Below, piece after piece: positions 51,839 to 64,000 of a DNA stretch of 64,000 bases. Under the pieces are notes generated by a model. It did not search any database. It had not been told where the DNA came from and saw only the letters and a list, made by a program, of their open reading frames with translations. The translations under genes were made by a program, and so were the position numbers. Positions within the stretch are counted from its first letter, which is position 1, and the number at the start of each line of letters is the position of its first letter. The DNA comes from Eledone cirrhosa (taxonomy: Eukaryota), in contig OZ024741.1 in the NCBI GenBank assembly GCA_964016885.1, positions 132,060,001 to 132,124,000 on the forward strand, written 5' to 3'.

Positions 51839-51842
<4 letters not shown>
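51390..51842 (+). mobile_element. Diverged pLTR of the full-length PLE family, ending in (TA)n, with hammerhead at 51586-51628
   Basis: GUCA-CUGAAGA-U-GUCACA-GAAUG-UGUGAC-GAAA-GAGC-UU-UGAC; collinear with the reverse complement of 15013-15460. Confidence 0.85.
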
Positions 51843-51896
<54 letters not shown>

Positions 51897-51986
51897 CAAT
51901 ATGTAGAAAAGGTAAGAGTCTATGGCTCCGTTAATTTATCTTGATATATATATATATATATATCAAGATATATATATGTATATATA

Positions 51987-52229
51987 TAAAATACAATATG
52001 TTGAAAAGGTAACACACCAGAGAGAGATATACAGTGCGCTATCAATAAAACAGGGAAAAAAACACCAGTGTATGGAATCTATAACCTATGAAAGGCAGAC
52101 TATAGACACGATAATAGTCTGCCTTTCATAGGTTATAGATTGCATACACTGGTGGTTTTTCCCTGTTTTATTGATAGCACACTGTATATATCTCTCTGGT
52201 GTGTTACCTTTTCAACATATTGTATTTTA
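51987..52229. repeat. Near-perfect palindrome (arms about 115 bp) between (TA)n tracts
   Basis: TAAAATACAATATGTTGAAAAGG... / ...CCTTTTCAACATATTGTATTTTA. Confidence 0.9.
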
Positions 52230-52306
52230 AAGAGCTCAGGATTTCTCCTTTGAGCACATTATTTACAGGGAATGGCGAGGGCCTATGGCTCCGTTAATTT
52301 ATCGTG

Positions 52307-52459
<153 letters not shown>

Positions 52460-52678
52460 TTTTATTTGTTTGACCCGAATTACTTGGTCGTTTTTATGGC
52501 TGTGCGGATGATTGTTTAACCATCGTCTCAGTGTGTTTGGCCTTTAACGTATGTTGTAGGTCTGGTTCATCTGAATCATTGAGCGCTTGCCACACATCTC
52601 GGAAATTGTTTTTCGTTAATTCCTAAGCCGAAATACGATTCTCGCTAATTTATATTTGTATATATATATATATATATA

Positions 52679-53454
52679 TATGAGAGACGTAAAATAAGAA
52701 AATTATAAAATTAACTTACTTACTAAAATTTCACTCCAACTAATTAGTTTCTGAAAGGGAATAAACATACTTTCCGAAGAAACGTACAGAGAAGCCTTTC
52801 GTCATCAGGGAAGTCTATTCTCAGCTAAGTTTCCAGGCAATACGTGGACACAGGGAACTTATCAAAAATAATTCAGTGGATGGAAAAAAGCAAAGCGTGG
52901 ACTAAATTCCAAGCCATTGAGAAAATCACTGCCTACTGCGTCGGTGGCAAATTCAAAAGACTCAATCACGTGACATCGAGGTCAATCAGTGAAGAGTGTT
53001 TTGTTAAGAAGACAGCAGCCGGACTGTTACTAAAGTAGTAGTTTTGGCCAATTTTTGCTCGACAAATAATTTGGAGATAATTATAAAGAATTAGTATATC
53101 TAGTAACATATATATACACAGATGCATACTTATGCTAGCAAATATATAGGTTTTGTCTTAGTAACTTTGTGGTTCAATGCATGGTGATGCAGAACAATAA
53201 TATGAGAGACGTAAAATAAGAAAATTATAAAGGCTTCTCTGTACGTTTCTTCGGAAAGTATGTTTATTCCCTTTCAGAAACTAATTAGTTGGAGTGAAAT
53301 TTTAGTAAGTAAGTTAATTTTATAATTTTCTTATTTTACGTCTCTCATATTATTGTTCTGCATCACCATGCATTGAACCACAAAGTTACTAACCTATATA
53401 TTTGCTAGCATAAGTATGCATCTGTGTATATATATGTTACTAGATATACTAATT

Positions 53455-53460
<6 letters not shown>
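52679..53460. repeat. Nested inverted duplications between (TA)n tracts
   Basis: 52679-52798 is inverted at 53230-53349; 53082-53230 is inverted at 53317-53460. Confidence 0.85.
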
Positions 53461-53518
<58 letters not shown>

Positions 53519-53524
53519 GTGAGG

Positions 53525-53557
<33 letters not shown>

Positions 53558-53668
53558 TGAAAAATAACCGAGGTGTCCTACACGAGTGAAAGTATAAAGA
53601 AAATGAGATGAAATTGAAAATGCTACTGGAGTCTTATTTTTTTTTTAAATATATATATTTATTTGGTT

Positions 53669-53706
53669 CCTCTACCGGTTTCGCAGTTCTTCTGCTTTTC
53701 AAAAGG
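53669..53706 (-). ncRNA. Minimal hammerhead with U3-A8 core (mirror copy)
   Basis: CCUU-UUGAAAA-GCAG-AAGAA-CUGC-GAAA-CCGG-UA-GAGG. Confidence 0.75.
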
Positions 53707-53781
53707 TGAGTTGAGATGGAGGGTCTGTGGTTTTTCTCACATCTGATGTGAGAAAAACCACAGACCCTCCATCTCAACTCA

Positions 53782-53819
53782 CCTTTTGAAAAGCAGAAGA
53801 ACTGCGAAACCGGTAAAGG
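53782..53819 (+). ncRNA. Minimal hammerhead with U3-A8 core
   Basis: CCUU-UUGAAAA-GCAG-AAGAA-CUGC-GAAA-CCGG-UA-AAGG. Confidence 0.78.
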
Positions 53820-53888
53820 AACCAAATAAATATATATATTTTTAAAAAAAACAAGACTCCAGTTGCATTTTCGATTTCATCTCTTTTT

Positions 53889-53958
<70 letters not shown>

Positions 53959-54051
53959 CATTCATATATATATATAATACATTCCTGCTCACATTATTCA
54001 TCCTGTTAAACAGTTTATTTTTTACTGCCACCTTCCAAGATCTAACTTAAC

Positions 54052-54090
54052 TCTTCCTGAAGAAGGACTAACGTCTGACACGTTGAGACA
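54052..54090 (+). ncRNA. Decayed minimal hammerhead
   Basis: CTGAAGA-A-GGAC-TAAC-GTCT-GACA-CG. Confidence 0.45.
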
Positions 54091-54192
54091 TTTCTTTTCT
54101 TTTTCCAACAAGCATGACACTAATAAGACCTTATGTATATTGCTGAAGCATATATATATATAAATATATATATATTGCGTAGGTGTATGTAA

Positions 54193-54278
<86 letters not shown>

Positions 54279-54800
54279 ACGCCCACGTAATGTGTGTATG
54301 TGTGTAAGTGTATTGTTATAGATGCGTGTAAATGTATCTGATTATGCGCGATTGTGATAAGTTGCTAGTTACAGGGATATTAGGATGGATATATATATAT
54401 ATATAGATAGATAGATATATAGATGTGAGAGTAACAGCATGTGTAAGAGTGAATGAGAGAAGAGAGATAGTGGGGGGGGGGGGCAGAGTGTGAGAAAGAG
54501 CAGAAAAGAGGGATAAAGTGGCGAAAGATAAAATGTGGTTGTTTTTGTGTGTGTCGGTGGAGGTTTGTACACTGTATCGTTGATGGTGGTGGTGGCGGTA
54601 AGGGTATTTTGTGGCGGAGCGGATGCGGGGGAATATTGGTAATGGAAGTGGTTATGGGAGATTTGGGTGAAGATGGTGATTTTGCTTCTGGTGGTGGTGA
54701 TGTTGATGTCACAATGGTGATAGTGGAAGGTAGAGATAGTGAAGGAGAGAGGAAGAGAGCAAGGAAGGTTTAAAGAGAAACGACGCATGTTAGAGAGGGC

Positions 54801-54861
<61 letters not shown>

Positions 54862-55046
54862 GGGGAGAGAGAGAAAGAAATCGAAAGATAAATGAGGAAG
54901 CTGTGATAGGATGTGTGTGTAAGTGGCTGCGGGGTGGGGGGGGGAGAAAGAGAGACAAAAGCATAATGTTGCAGATGTGTTGAATTGACAGGCTAATAAC
55001 ATATCCAAATATAGTGTTTTGGACGAATTATTTCCAGAATAATCAG

Positions 55047-55650
<604 letters not shown>

Positions 55651-55708
55651 TTGCATAATCTGTAATCAGTAATACACAGGAACACACATTGATAAACATT
55701 ATGTTACG

Positions 55709-56133
55709 GGGCGGTGGATTGGCAGTATCGGCTAGAGGGGCGGACGTCATGCTTTGACGCATAGAGTTACGGCCCTTTCCATTCTGAGTTCAAATCCCGC
55801 CGAGGTTAACTTTGCGTTTCCTCCTTACGGGCGTCGATAAAATAAAGTACCAGTAATGTACTGGTGTAATTGCTGGCCTTGTGCCAAAAGTAGAGACAAT
55901 TGTTACGGGGTCGATAAAATAAAGTACCAGTAATACACTGGTGTAATTGCTGGCCTTGTGCCAAAAGTAGAGACAATTGTTACGGGGTCGATAAAATAAA
56001 GTACCAGTAATACACTGGTGTAATTGCTGGCCTTGTGCCAAAAGTAGAGACAATTGTTACGGGGTCGATAAAATAAAGTACCAGTAATACACTGGTGTAA
56101 TTGCTGGCCTTGTGCCAAAAGTAGAAACAATTA
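55709..56133 (+). mobile_element. SINE with its 3' 77 bp present in four tandem copies
   Basis: Units start at about 55825, 55903, 55980 and 56057. Confidence 0.92.
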
Positions 56134-56338
56134 TGTTTCATATGAAGGATACCCCACACGCGGACCGACACACACTGGAGTACAATAAATGTGATCACGT
56201 GATAGTCATATGCAGGTCACCATCCGACTGAGTCTATATCCCACATTTGCCTCAAGTTGTGTGACGTCAGCAAATGTTTGACGTCATAGCTTAACCTGAC
56301 AGATGTGATAGTTGTATGGTTGTATTGTAGATAGATAG

Positions 56339-56427
<89 letters not shown>

Positions 56428-56600
56428 AAGAAAGAAGGACAGAGAAAGAAAGAGAGAAAGAAAGAAAAAGAATGAATGAATGAAAGAATGAATGAAATAA
56501 GAAAAGTGAGAATGAGAGATATTGAATGGCAACTGGGATAGATAGATAGATAGATAAATGGATGGATGGATGGATGGATGGATAGGCAAAGAGACATGTT

Positions 56601-56636
<36 letters not shown>

Positions 56637-56753
56637 AAGAGAAAGAGAGAGAGAAGTAGGTAGGTAGATATGTGCCGATAAATAAATGGTTATATATAGA
56701 GATATAGATAGATAGATAAATATATCGATTGATTGATAGCTAGATAGATGGAG

Positions 56754-56787
<34 letters not shown>

Positions 56788-56926
56788 GGGGGAGGAGAGA
56801 GAGATATATGTATTGATGTATATATACATATATATATAGAGAGAGGGGGAGACAGAGAAATTTTGCCACAGAGCCAGAAAGGCAAACACCAAGAACGGGT
56901 GACAAGCAGGGGAGAGAGGGGGGGGG

Positions 56927-56959
<33 letters not shown>

Positions 56960-57396
56960 GCCAACAGACAGACAGAGAGTGGGACTGTTTGATTGGGTAG
57001 GAGAGAGAGTGATATTATTTGAAGAGGAGAAAATCTTGTAGAGGAAGATAGTGGTGATAAGGGTAGACGTGATTTAAGGAGAAGGAGAGGGAGGTGTAGT
57101 AGGAGGTGAGTGAGTTGTGGTAGGAGGAGAAGGAATATGGTAGGGAGAGAGGGAAGTGTGGTAGGAGGAGAGGGAGATGCGGTGGGCGGAGAGGGAGGTG
57201 TGGTAGTAAGAGAAGGAATATGGTAAGGGATGAGAATGGTAGGAGGAGAGGGGGAGATGGTAGAGGAGGGGGAGATGTGGTCAGAGAAGAAATAGATGTA
57301 GTAAGAGTATATTATTGTCAAATCTGGGGGAAATGGAATCGGACTAAACTATTTTAGTCCAATCGAGATTTGGGAGTGAGAATGACGAATAGAGTA

Positions 57397-57520
57397 GGTG
57401 CATGGCCGAATGGTTAAGGAGTTCGCTTCGCAATCATTATGTCCCAGATTAGATCCTAATGTGTGGTACCTTCGGTGTCATTTGCTATTGCTTCAGGTCA
57501 ACCCATTCCTTGTCGATCAA
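57397..57520 (+). mobile_element. Decayed tRNA-head SINE
   Basis: TGGCCGAATGGTTAAG A-box; degenerate B-box. Confidence 0.5.
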
Positions 57521-59119
57521 ATTAGAAAGCCGTCAGATAGATTGTACCAACAATTTAAATGGTCAGCTTTGTCAGACACTGCGTCATGGTAAACCTCCCT
57601 CAGAATTATGTTCAGGAGACAAGTTTCTAGAGAAGACTCAGCTACTTATATGTTAATTCCCGAGAAGACTGTTTTGATAGTCAAACAAGTGGGACACGCA
57701 TCGTAAAAACTGACGAAGGCCATTCCATTCAGAGAAGCTAAGAATGATGTAGTAACGGTAATAGAGAGAAAGAGAGGGCCGGGGGATAAACAGAAAAACC
57801 TATCGGTTTATTCGTTGTAATGTGCTGGTGTATGTAGACGAATAAGGTGTAGGATCTCATCCATTGTTTTCTTATAGTTTCTGATTCGATCTGATGTAGG
57901 ATTTTTAAAGTGATCCTAGACCATTTTTACCATCAAGAATTTTTTTTTTTTTTTTTTAGTCTAGGTAATGCTCCCCTAAAGGAAAACTGACAAGATCCAC
58001 GAGATGATTAAAACTCCATACGAATACGAGAAAATCTGACTCTTACTGTCTTCTTAAATAGGATGGGAAAACGCGACCATAGTTGCAAAAGTAGACCACA
58101 GAAAGTTTTATGGCGGGAGCCTTTCTTCTAAAAACATTTCAATACTCCTAAGCTACCTTTCCCTTATGATTAATTCAACGTCGGGCTATATTTCCTTTCA
58201 GACCCTCATAGTTTGAATTTGCTTTGCAGCTTCTGGGTGTCGAATTTTTACCGACACCCAGCTATGCAGCACTGTTTTTTTTTCTCTCGTATCTGCTGCA
58301 AGCACCTCAGTTAGAATAGCTATTTGGACCTTCTCCCATCCACTTTAACCAAATTGGTCGCATGTACATAGCATGAGTTCTTGTTGAGCAAGGAGATTTT
58401 GAGAGTTTTACTATTTTGCTGCTATAGACCCAAGATTGTGGCTGTCGATATTGCTTTTGTTATTTTTGCGGTCAATGATTTCTGATGAAATGGCGGGCAA
58501 GTCTTCTTCTGTCGCTGCAGATGCTGTTGTCTTTGATGAGTTGTCGTTTACATTGGCGCTATTTAAGAACATTTTATTGATTTTATGGGTTGTTCCCTTC
58601 AACGGATGTTGTGAGGATTCCTCCATTATTTCTAAAAAAAAATAAGGGGCATATTTGTATTTAAAATACAGTTTTCGCCTATTAGATGAGTTGTTAGAGA
58701 CCTCTTGTAGTTTCTCCTTGTTGTTGCCGTTTTTCCTGTTAAGGATTTCTATTTTTCTATTTATCATTAAATATAACATTTTAACAACGACCGAAGTGAT
58801 CTGTTAAAGAAATACATTTAAAGATCTATAATGATTAGAACGCTTCGTAAAAATATATAATGAAACTGAAACTTAAATTATAAGCATAATATTGTATCAG
58901 TTATAAATTATTGTAGTGGTTAAATTGATAAAGTTATGCATTGTGCCATTGAGCTTTGAAATTCACCAAAAGAATTTCTCAGGTTCTTTGTTGAATGTCA
59001 GTAGATATATGTGTATGGTATATATAAGGAACATTCTTAAATTTAGATATAGTATGTAATATGGTATATATAAAGAACATTCTTAGATTTAGATATAGTA
59101 TGTAGTATGTAGTACATTA

Positions 59120-59430
59120 AGGCGGTGGATTAGGAGAGCTGTTAGAATGCTTTGCTGTATTCGATTCGGCTCTCTTCTTGCTGAATTCAAATCCTGCCTA
59201 GATCAAATTTGCTTTTCATCCTTTCGAGATCGATAAAAAAAAGTACCAACCCAGTACTGGAGTCAATTCTTCTTCTCTATCTCATTCTCACTTCCTCTCT
59301 CCATTTCTATCCTTTTCTGGACGAAATCTTCTGTGTTCAGGCCTGGAGAGGAGATGGGCTTTGCCAGGTTTTAAAATGCCCAGGATATACCGTATGTCCC
59401 TACGGCGCTCCTACGACTACACCAAGAGCT
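59120..59430 (+). mobile_element. Older SINE copy plus repeated module
   Basis: Parallels 30505-30800. Confidence 0.6.
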
Positions 59431-60011
59431 ACAGCATCATACACTATCATATAGTACATTATACATTCATCAATTATAAATGAAAAGATATCTGACACAG
59501 ATATTTGACGATATTTAACTGAAATGCTCAAGGGTACGACGCATAAAATTTTCGATTTAGCCACTACAATGTTTAAATACTCTAAAAATGCTATAATCTG
59601 TTTTCCAATAAATCAATGTAACAAGATGTTATCATCTTAAATAGATTTACTCATAAAATACTTCGATGGGGATTTCTTAAATTATTCTAAATGTTTTTAA
59701 TAAATAAAGATAAAAAATTTAACCTAATATTGGTATACATCAAATCACTATATAAAAAATTGTATTGAGAATTGTATGATATAGAATCATAACTTTTAAG
59801 GGATTCGTAGGGCGCCATGTTGACATACGGCGTTTCTTAGGGTATTTTGAGAATATGTTATTTATATTTTTTTTTATATATTGTTTATAACAGATTTTAA
59901 GCAATAAACTGGAAAGGGAAATAAGAAAGAGAAAAAAGAGAATTAAGTAGCGAAGAAAGGGGAGGGCGAAAGGGAGAGACATATTTTACACCTCAGTCTG
60001 ATTGGTGATTC

Positions 60012-60165
60012 GGCCGTGCCCCACAGACAGAATGGTGATGGCATTGCCACGGAACATGACCAGCGAATCATGCTACAACAGCCACCCCGCTTCACAGGGC
60101 TCCTTCTTCAGGCGGATTTTGCGGGTGAAATTAGTAAAGCGGGATCAAGAACATCAGAGGTTTCG
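60012..60165 (-). mobile_element. CRE-clade 3' fragment
   Basis: KEPCEAGWLL*HDSLVMFRGNAITILS; homologous to 44445-44560. Confidence 0.65.
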
Positions 60166-60995
60166 ACGACAACTGGTACAAAAAGGAAGCGATCGGACAC
60201 AGAAATGTAATATTCTGGACATATTTATAAATTATATCGAATTTCAGCATCACAATTTCGATGTAGACAAAGAGACAGCATGAATCCTCTAAAATCAAAT
60301 TTTGTTGACACCAAATCATCACTCTATGTAGATGTTTAAATTTTTCATTTTCCCATTCTGCCTTTTCATAAAAACCGGGTCGTTCCGTTGTGAGGCGTGA
60401 ACAGTTAGGTGTTGGGTGAAGTGATACAGGGAACGAATGGGACGGATGATAGGAATATCGTTGTCAAGTCGTATGTAGTTTAGGCACTCTGCGAAAACCT
60501 TGTAATCTCTGTAGCGCTGACATCTTGAAAATCTGCTTTAAGGAGAGCATCTTGATCACAAACTCAAATCTGATTTCAGCATGTAAGCATAAATTATGCA
60601 AGACTCTTTCACATACACTGTACCAAATAGATGAGATGAATCTACTTACTAATAACAGACGGATGGTGTTGGTCTTGACGCGATGATTTAAGAACTATTA
60701 TTATTTGAGACATTGTATTTCAAACTCTAAAATTGGTTTTCAATATTATAAGAAGATTTACTTCGAAACATATTTACACTTGTATATGTGAATGCATATG
60801 TATTTATAAATGTACATGTATGTGTGTATAAGATGACTGTATATGCGTTTATATATGCACGTATATAAGTATGTAGGCTTGGAGAGGGATGGGCTCCACC
60901 AGGCTTAAAATGCCCAAGAAACGCCATATGTCAATACGGCGCCCATACGACTCAGGAGTTACGGGGCCATACCTACCATATAAGTATGTAGTGAG

Positions 60996-61023
<28 letters not shown>

Positions 61024-61027
<4 letters not shown>

Positions 61028-61236
61028 ATACAAGGACGAATGGTTACTCCTTCATTACGTTTATTGGTTGGTGACGCGCGTTTCGATTCTGATCAATTCA
61101 AGGTTCGATCTGCATTGATCTAGCCCGACTCTAGATCGATGCAGATCGAACCTTCAGCTGATCAGTAGCGAAACGCGCGTCGTCACCAACCAATAAACGT
61201 AAAGAAGGAGTAACCATTCGCCCTTGTCTTATTATA
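61024..61236. mobile_element. Palindromic mini-element with the 3' half of a hammerhead
   Basis: Arms of about 100 bp, 7-nt spacer; GAAACGCGCGTC at 61170-61181. Confidence 0.75.
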
Positions 61237-61418
61237 CTACACTCTGTCTAGCTCTACACCTCGATACCGACGTGAACCTAAACATCGAATGCTCTCCCGG
61301 GTGAACCTACAGTAACTCCGCGTTACACTCCCTGGATATATATATATATATATATATATATACTGGAAGGTAATATCCGTGGTGGTAGAGCACTCAGTCC
61401 ATGGGACGAGTTAGGTAG

Positions 61419-61534
61419 AAGTGGTTACACAACAGTTAGTTCACCATACCGAGAACAATTGTTTCACCTTAGCGGATGCTCAGCTCGTAATGGACAATTG
61501 TTCTCGGTAGGGTGAACTAACTGTTGTGTAACCA

Positions 61535-61537
<3 letters not shown>
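61419..61537. mobile_element. Small fold-back with decayed hammerhead (61450-61487 minus)
   Basis: CGAG-CUGAGCA-UCC-GCUAA-GGU-GAAA-CAAUUG-UU-CUCG; ends in (TA)n. Confidence 0.7.
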
Positions 61538-61609
<72 letters not shown>

Positions 61610-62081
61610 GACACAGAAGAGTGTGTTTTTCTTAAGGTTACATGGTGAGCCTCAGAGCCTTGTTGCTCTGGAGTTTTCGTCTGCGCATTCACAGGATCAT
61701 TAGTTGATAACTATAAATGATAGTTTAATACATCTGGTAAAGTACCCCACTGAGATTTAAAAAAAAAAAAAAGTGGACAGGGACACCTGCAAGAAATCGA
61801 ATCATACATCACTCGTGTGCCGAGCGACCACGTTTAACTACTGTGGCGAATGTTTTCAAATTTCAAATTTATTCGTGCTTCGTGAGCCAAACAAATAATC
61901 GCTCTTCTAGCTTCAAGCATAAATCTTCTAGAAAGACGGAAACTAGTGGACAGAAGCCCTTTTGCGTCATGGTTAAACGCTCTCGATCAGCATATGAGAG
62001 ATGGGTATTTCTCCGTAGTTATCTCTGCCTCCAGAGGTAATTTACCCGACTTATTCGATTATGGTATATAGTTATTATCTA

Positions 62082-62560
62082 CAGTATCGGTAGAGAGTCG
62101 GACGCCATGCTTTCCAGCATAGTTACGTCCCTTTACGGTCTGACTTTAAATCCCGTCGAGGTTAACTTTGCCTTTCATCCTTACAGGGTCGATAAAATAA
62201 AGTACCAGTAATGTACTGGATAATTGCTGGCCTTGTGCCAAAAGTAGAAACAATTATTATAGTACCAGTAATACACTGTGTAATTGCTGGCCTTGTGCCT
62301 AACGTAGAAATAATTATTATAACTATCTGATAATTTTATGAGAACGGTGGTTTAGCAGTATCGGTGGAGCATCGGAGAACATGCTTTTGCATCAAAGTGT
62401 TATGTCCCTTTACGTTCTGAGTTCAAACCCCGCCGAGGTTAGCTTTGCCTTCCGCCTTACGGGGTCGATGGAATAAAGTACCAGTAACGCATGGGGCCGA
62501 TTTAATTGACTTTCCCTCCCACGAAATTGTTGGCCGTGTGCCTAAATCCGAAACTATTAT
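62082..62560 (+). mobile_element. Two tandem SINE copies (the first with a duplicated tail)
   Basis: 62082-62320 and 62345-62560 match the family. Confidence 0.88.
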
Positions 62561-62593
62561 TATAATTACCTGCATTGTAGTGACCACATTTTA

Positions 62594-62677
<84 letters not shown>

Positions 62678-63197
62678 TAGTTTTAAAAAGACTCGTGTGG
62701 CTAAGGCTTTCGAATATGAATTTCAAAACTGGGCCACATAAAATAAAGATAGCGGGAAAACGGACAGTCCCATCTCCTCAGTCAACCACTTGAAATCACT
62801 ACCGTTTTGAATATATATATATATAAGGAAGAGATAGTATGTAAAGCGATAGAGAATATGAAAGAGATGATGAGAAAAAAGAGACAGATTGTGTGATAAA
62901 GAGAGATAGAGAGTGAAAGTAGCAATCCGGTTAATTCATATATGGAATAATTTACTAGCAGACATGAGAGACTGATCGATATTATTACACTGGATTGATT
63001 GATCGATCGATGAAACGGAGATGACAAACAATGAGGGAAATATGAGTCCACCCACGTAATCAGGCCACATAGAGACAAGAGAAAATATACTGAGAAACTG
63101 GGGTGAGTTTTACACACAAGCCGACACTCATATACACACACATATCCACACCCACATATATAATATATATATATATATATATATGTATACACACACA

Positions 63198-63268
<71 letters not shown>

Positions 63269-63613
63269 ATAATAATTATAAAGACCAAAATCCGAAGAGG
63301 GCTTGATAAGGATTATATATATATATGTGTGAGTGTGTTCTGTTATTAATTCTGGCAATATTACACAAATATGACCCTCCCCAAGTATAACAATATATAT
63401 ATATATATATATGAAAATAAGGAGAAAAAGACGATTATTTGGAAGAAAAAAAAATTCTTTTTCCTTTTATTTTTTCTCTCTTTTTTCTGGGTTAGAAAAT
63501 GTTTAAAACAAAATATTTTAATTTGTGTGAAGGGTTAAGGTATTAGTTAACTTATTTATTAATTAACAATGGCATTTATTTATTTATTTAGTTATTTATA
63601 TATTTAATAGTTG

Positions 63614-63656
63614 TCTATTACCGGTTTCAGCATTTTATGCATTATCAAAGGGGGGA
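63614..63656 (-). ncRNA. Decayed hammerhead with U3-A8 core
   Basis: UUGAUAA-U-GCAU-AAA-AUGC-U-GAAA-CCGG-UA; stem I degraded. Confidence 0.5.
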
Positions 63657-64000
63657 ATTTGTATTGGTATAAAATGTAGGAGATAATGTGATGTTGAGCA
63701 TGTTAAGGAAATGGGAAAGAAAGAATAATATTATTTACAAACAAGGTTCTTGAAGTAAAACAAAAAAAAAAACAAAAGGGGGTGATGTGGAACATGATAA
63801 GGTAATGGGAAAGAAGGAATAATATTATTACAGGTATAGTTCTTGAGGATAAGCAGTTCAAAAAGTGTTATTATGGCAAGAGCGCTTGGTTTGTCCATGA
63901 TGGAGGCAAATGGTAGTCTCGGGTTGGATATGATTTCCCTTTTTAGAGAGTTACTATGTAGGGGGAGGTAATTCAGAGTGGTCAGGTAAGGGAGAGAGAA

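Larger units (their letters stand above)
53593..53895. mobile_element. Palindromic mini-element (centre 53744) with a hammerhead in each arm
   Basis: Arms of about 150 bp, 1-nt spacer, (TA)n flanks. Confidence 0.9.

Noticed and set aside
52229-52256. Hammerhead at the GCTCA...TGAGC hairpin; also 52750-52790 and 26524-26556
   Set aside because: Core boxes too degenerate to support a call.
55825-56133. CRISPR-like regular repeats
   Set aside because: No unique spacers; the units are SINE 3' halves in eukaryotic DNA.
57397-57470. tRNA gene
   Set aside because: A-box only; no cloverleaf or intact T-loop; treated as a SINE head.
57800-58779. ORF 58411..58779(-) and neighbours as a gene
   Set aside because: Possibly a decayed LINE ORF1, but no diagnostic motif was recognisable.

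Overview
Eukaryotic, AT-rich, repeat-saturated DNA with no recognisable host exon. The SINE family and the very high microsatellite density suggest an octopod cephalopod (inference). Contents: an apparently intact Penelope-like element (PLE; RT + GIY-YIG, 1236 aa) with two pseudo-LTRs; a Naiad-type PLE as a 4.7-kb fold-back; a decayed Gypsy element with a -1 frameshift signal and only its 3' LTR; two tandem Tx1-clade LINEs ending in (GATA)n; fragments of R4/Dong, CRE, RTE and RTE-X LINEs; two copies of a non-autonomous RTE-derived element; about 13 copies of one SINE; mariner/pogo MITEs; and many microsatellites. The most striking theme is hammerhead ribozymes: about 15 intact or decayed minimal motifs, many in palindromic mini-elements inserted in (TA)n. 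One set carries a compensatory U3-A8 core (UUGANAA instead of CUGANGA). Other leads are an in-frame TGA at a conserved Cys of the Naiad endonuclease (possible selenocysteine) and recurrent AATAT 3' junctions of the PLE family. All calls are by eye; no searches or folding programs were run.
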